This document shows positions 63,710 through 64,000 of a stretch of DNA of 64,000 nucleotides, in pieces; positions within the stretch are counted from its first letter, which is position 1; every line of letters starts with the position of its first letter. The position numbers and the translations under genes are program-made. The stretch covers positions 40,657,329 through 40,721,328 of the forward strand of contig NC_068994.1 in assembly GCF_001194135.2 (NCBI RefSeq), given 5' to 3'. Below the pieces are notes generated by a model, which saw only the letters and a list, made by a program, of their open reading frames with translations, did not search any database and was not told the DNA's origin. This DNA is from Octopus bimaculoides (lineage: Eukaryota).

Positions 63710-64000
63710 CACACATATGTACATATATATATATGTGTGTATCAAATTGTTGGAAGATTATAAAGAGGAAAGTGTGGAGGATTTGAAAGATGATGTAGAA
63801 TAATGTTTAAAGTAATGAGATAGAAACAAGCCTTCCAGGCTTACATGGACATGGCTGTAAAGAATCTACACATATTAGTTGTATCTCTTCACTTTTATTA
63901 ATATTGTTTTAAGTCTGCTAGAATAAGCAGATGATGAGTTGAAATATGTATCTGAAATATGGTTCTTCAGTTTCTCTTAACCATTATGGTTAAGACCAGG

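Overview
This is AT-rich eukaryotic genomic DNA from a gapped draft assembly. It is dense in (TA)n/(CA)n/(TATG)n/(GATA)n/(GAT)n microsatellites and tRNA-derived SINEs. The repeat families and composition look like a coleoid cephalopod, probably Octopus; this is inferred from recall, not from a database search. Nearly every ORF in the supplied track is translated microsatellite or gap. Well-supported features: (1) an old Ty3/Gypsy LTR element (5458-7669) that keeps both LTRs, PBS, PPT, protease and integrase but lacks RT/RNase H and most of gag; (2) a full-length, decayed Tc1/mariner element of the rosa/DD41D type (29590-30901); (3) a mariner MITE (58785-58995); (4) Penelope-like element (PLE) remnants, including two GIY-YIG endonuclease fragments and several minimal hammerhead-ribozyme motifs, two of which share a non-canonical core; (5) RTE-type LINE fragments and many SINEs, some as close inverted pairs; (6) an exact 207-bp duplication around an assembly gap. 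Short, splice-site-bounded open segments occur on both strands and may be exons of one or two long-intron host genes, but I could not identify a protein, so these calls are low confidence. There is no rRNA, intact tRNA, CRISPR array or prokaryote-type system. I found no clearly novel multi-gene system. The best leads are the hammerhead variants, the RT-less Gypsy derivative, the inverted-SINE dsRNA substrates and the unidentified candidate exons.
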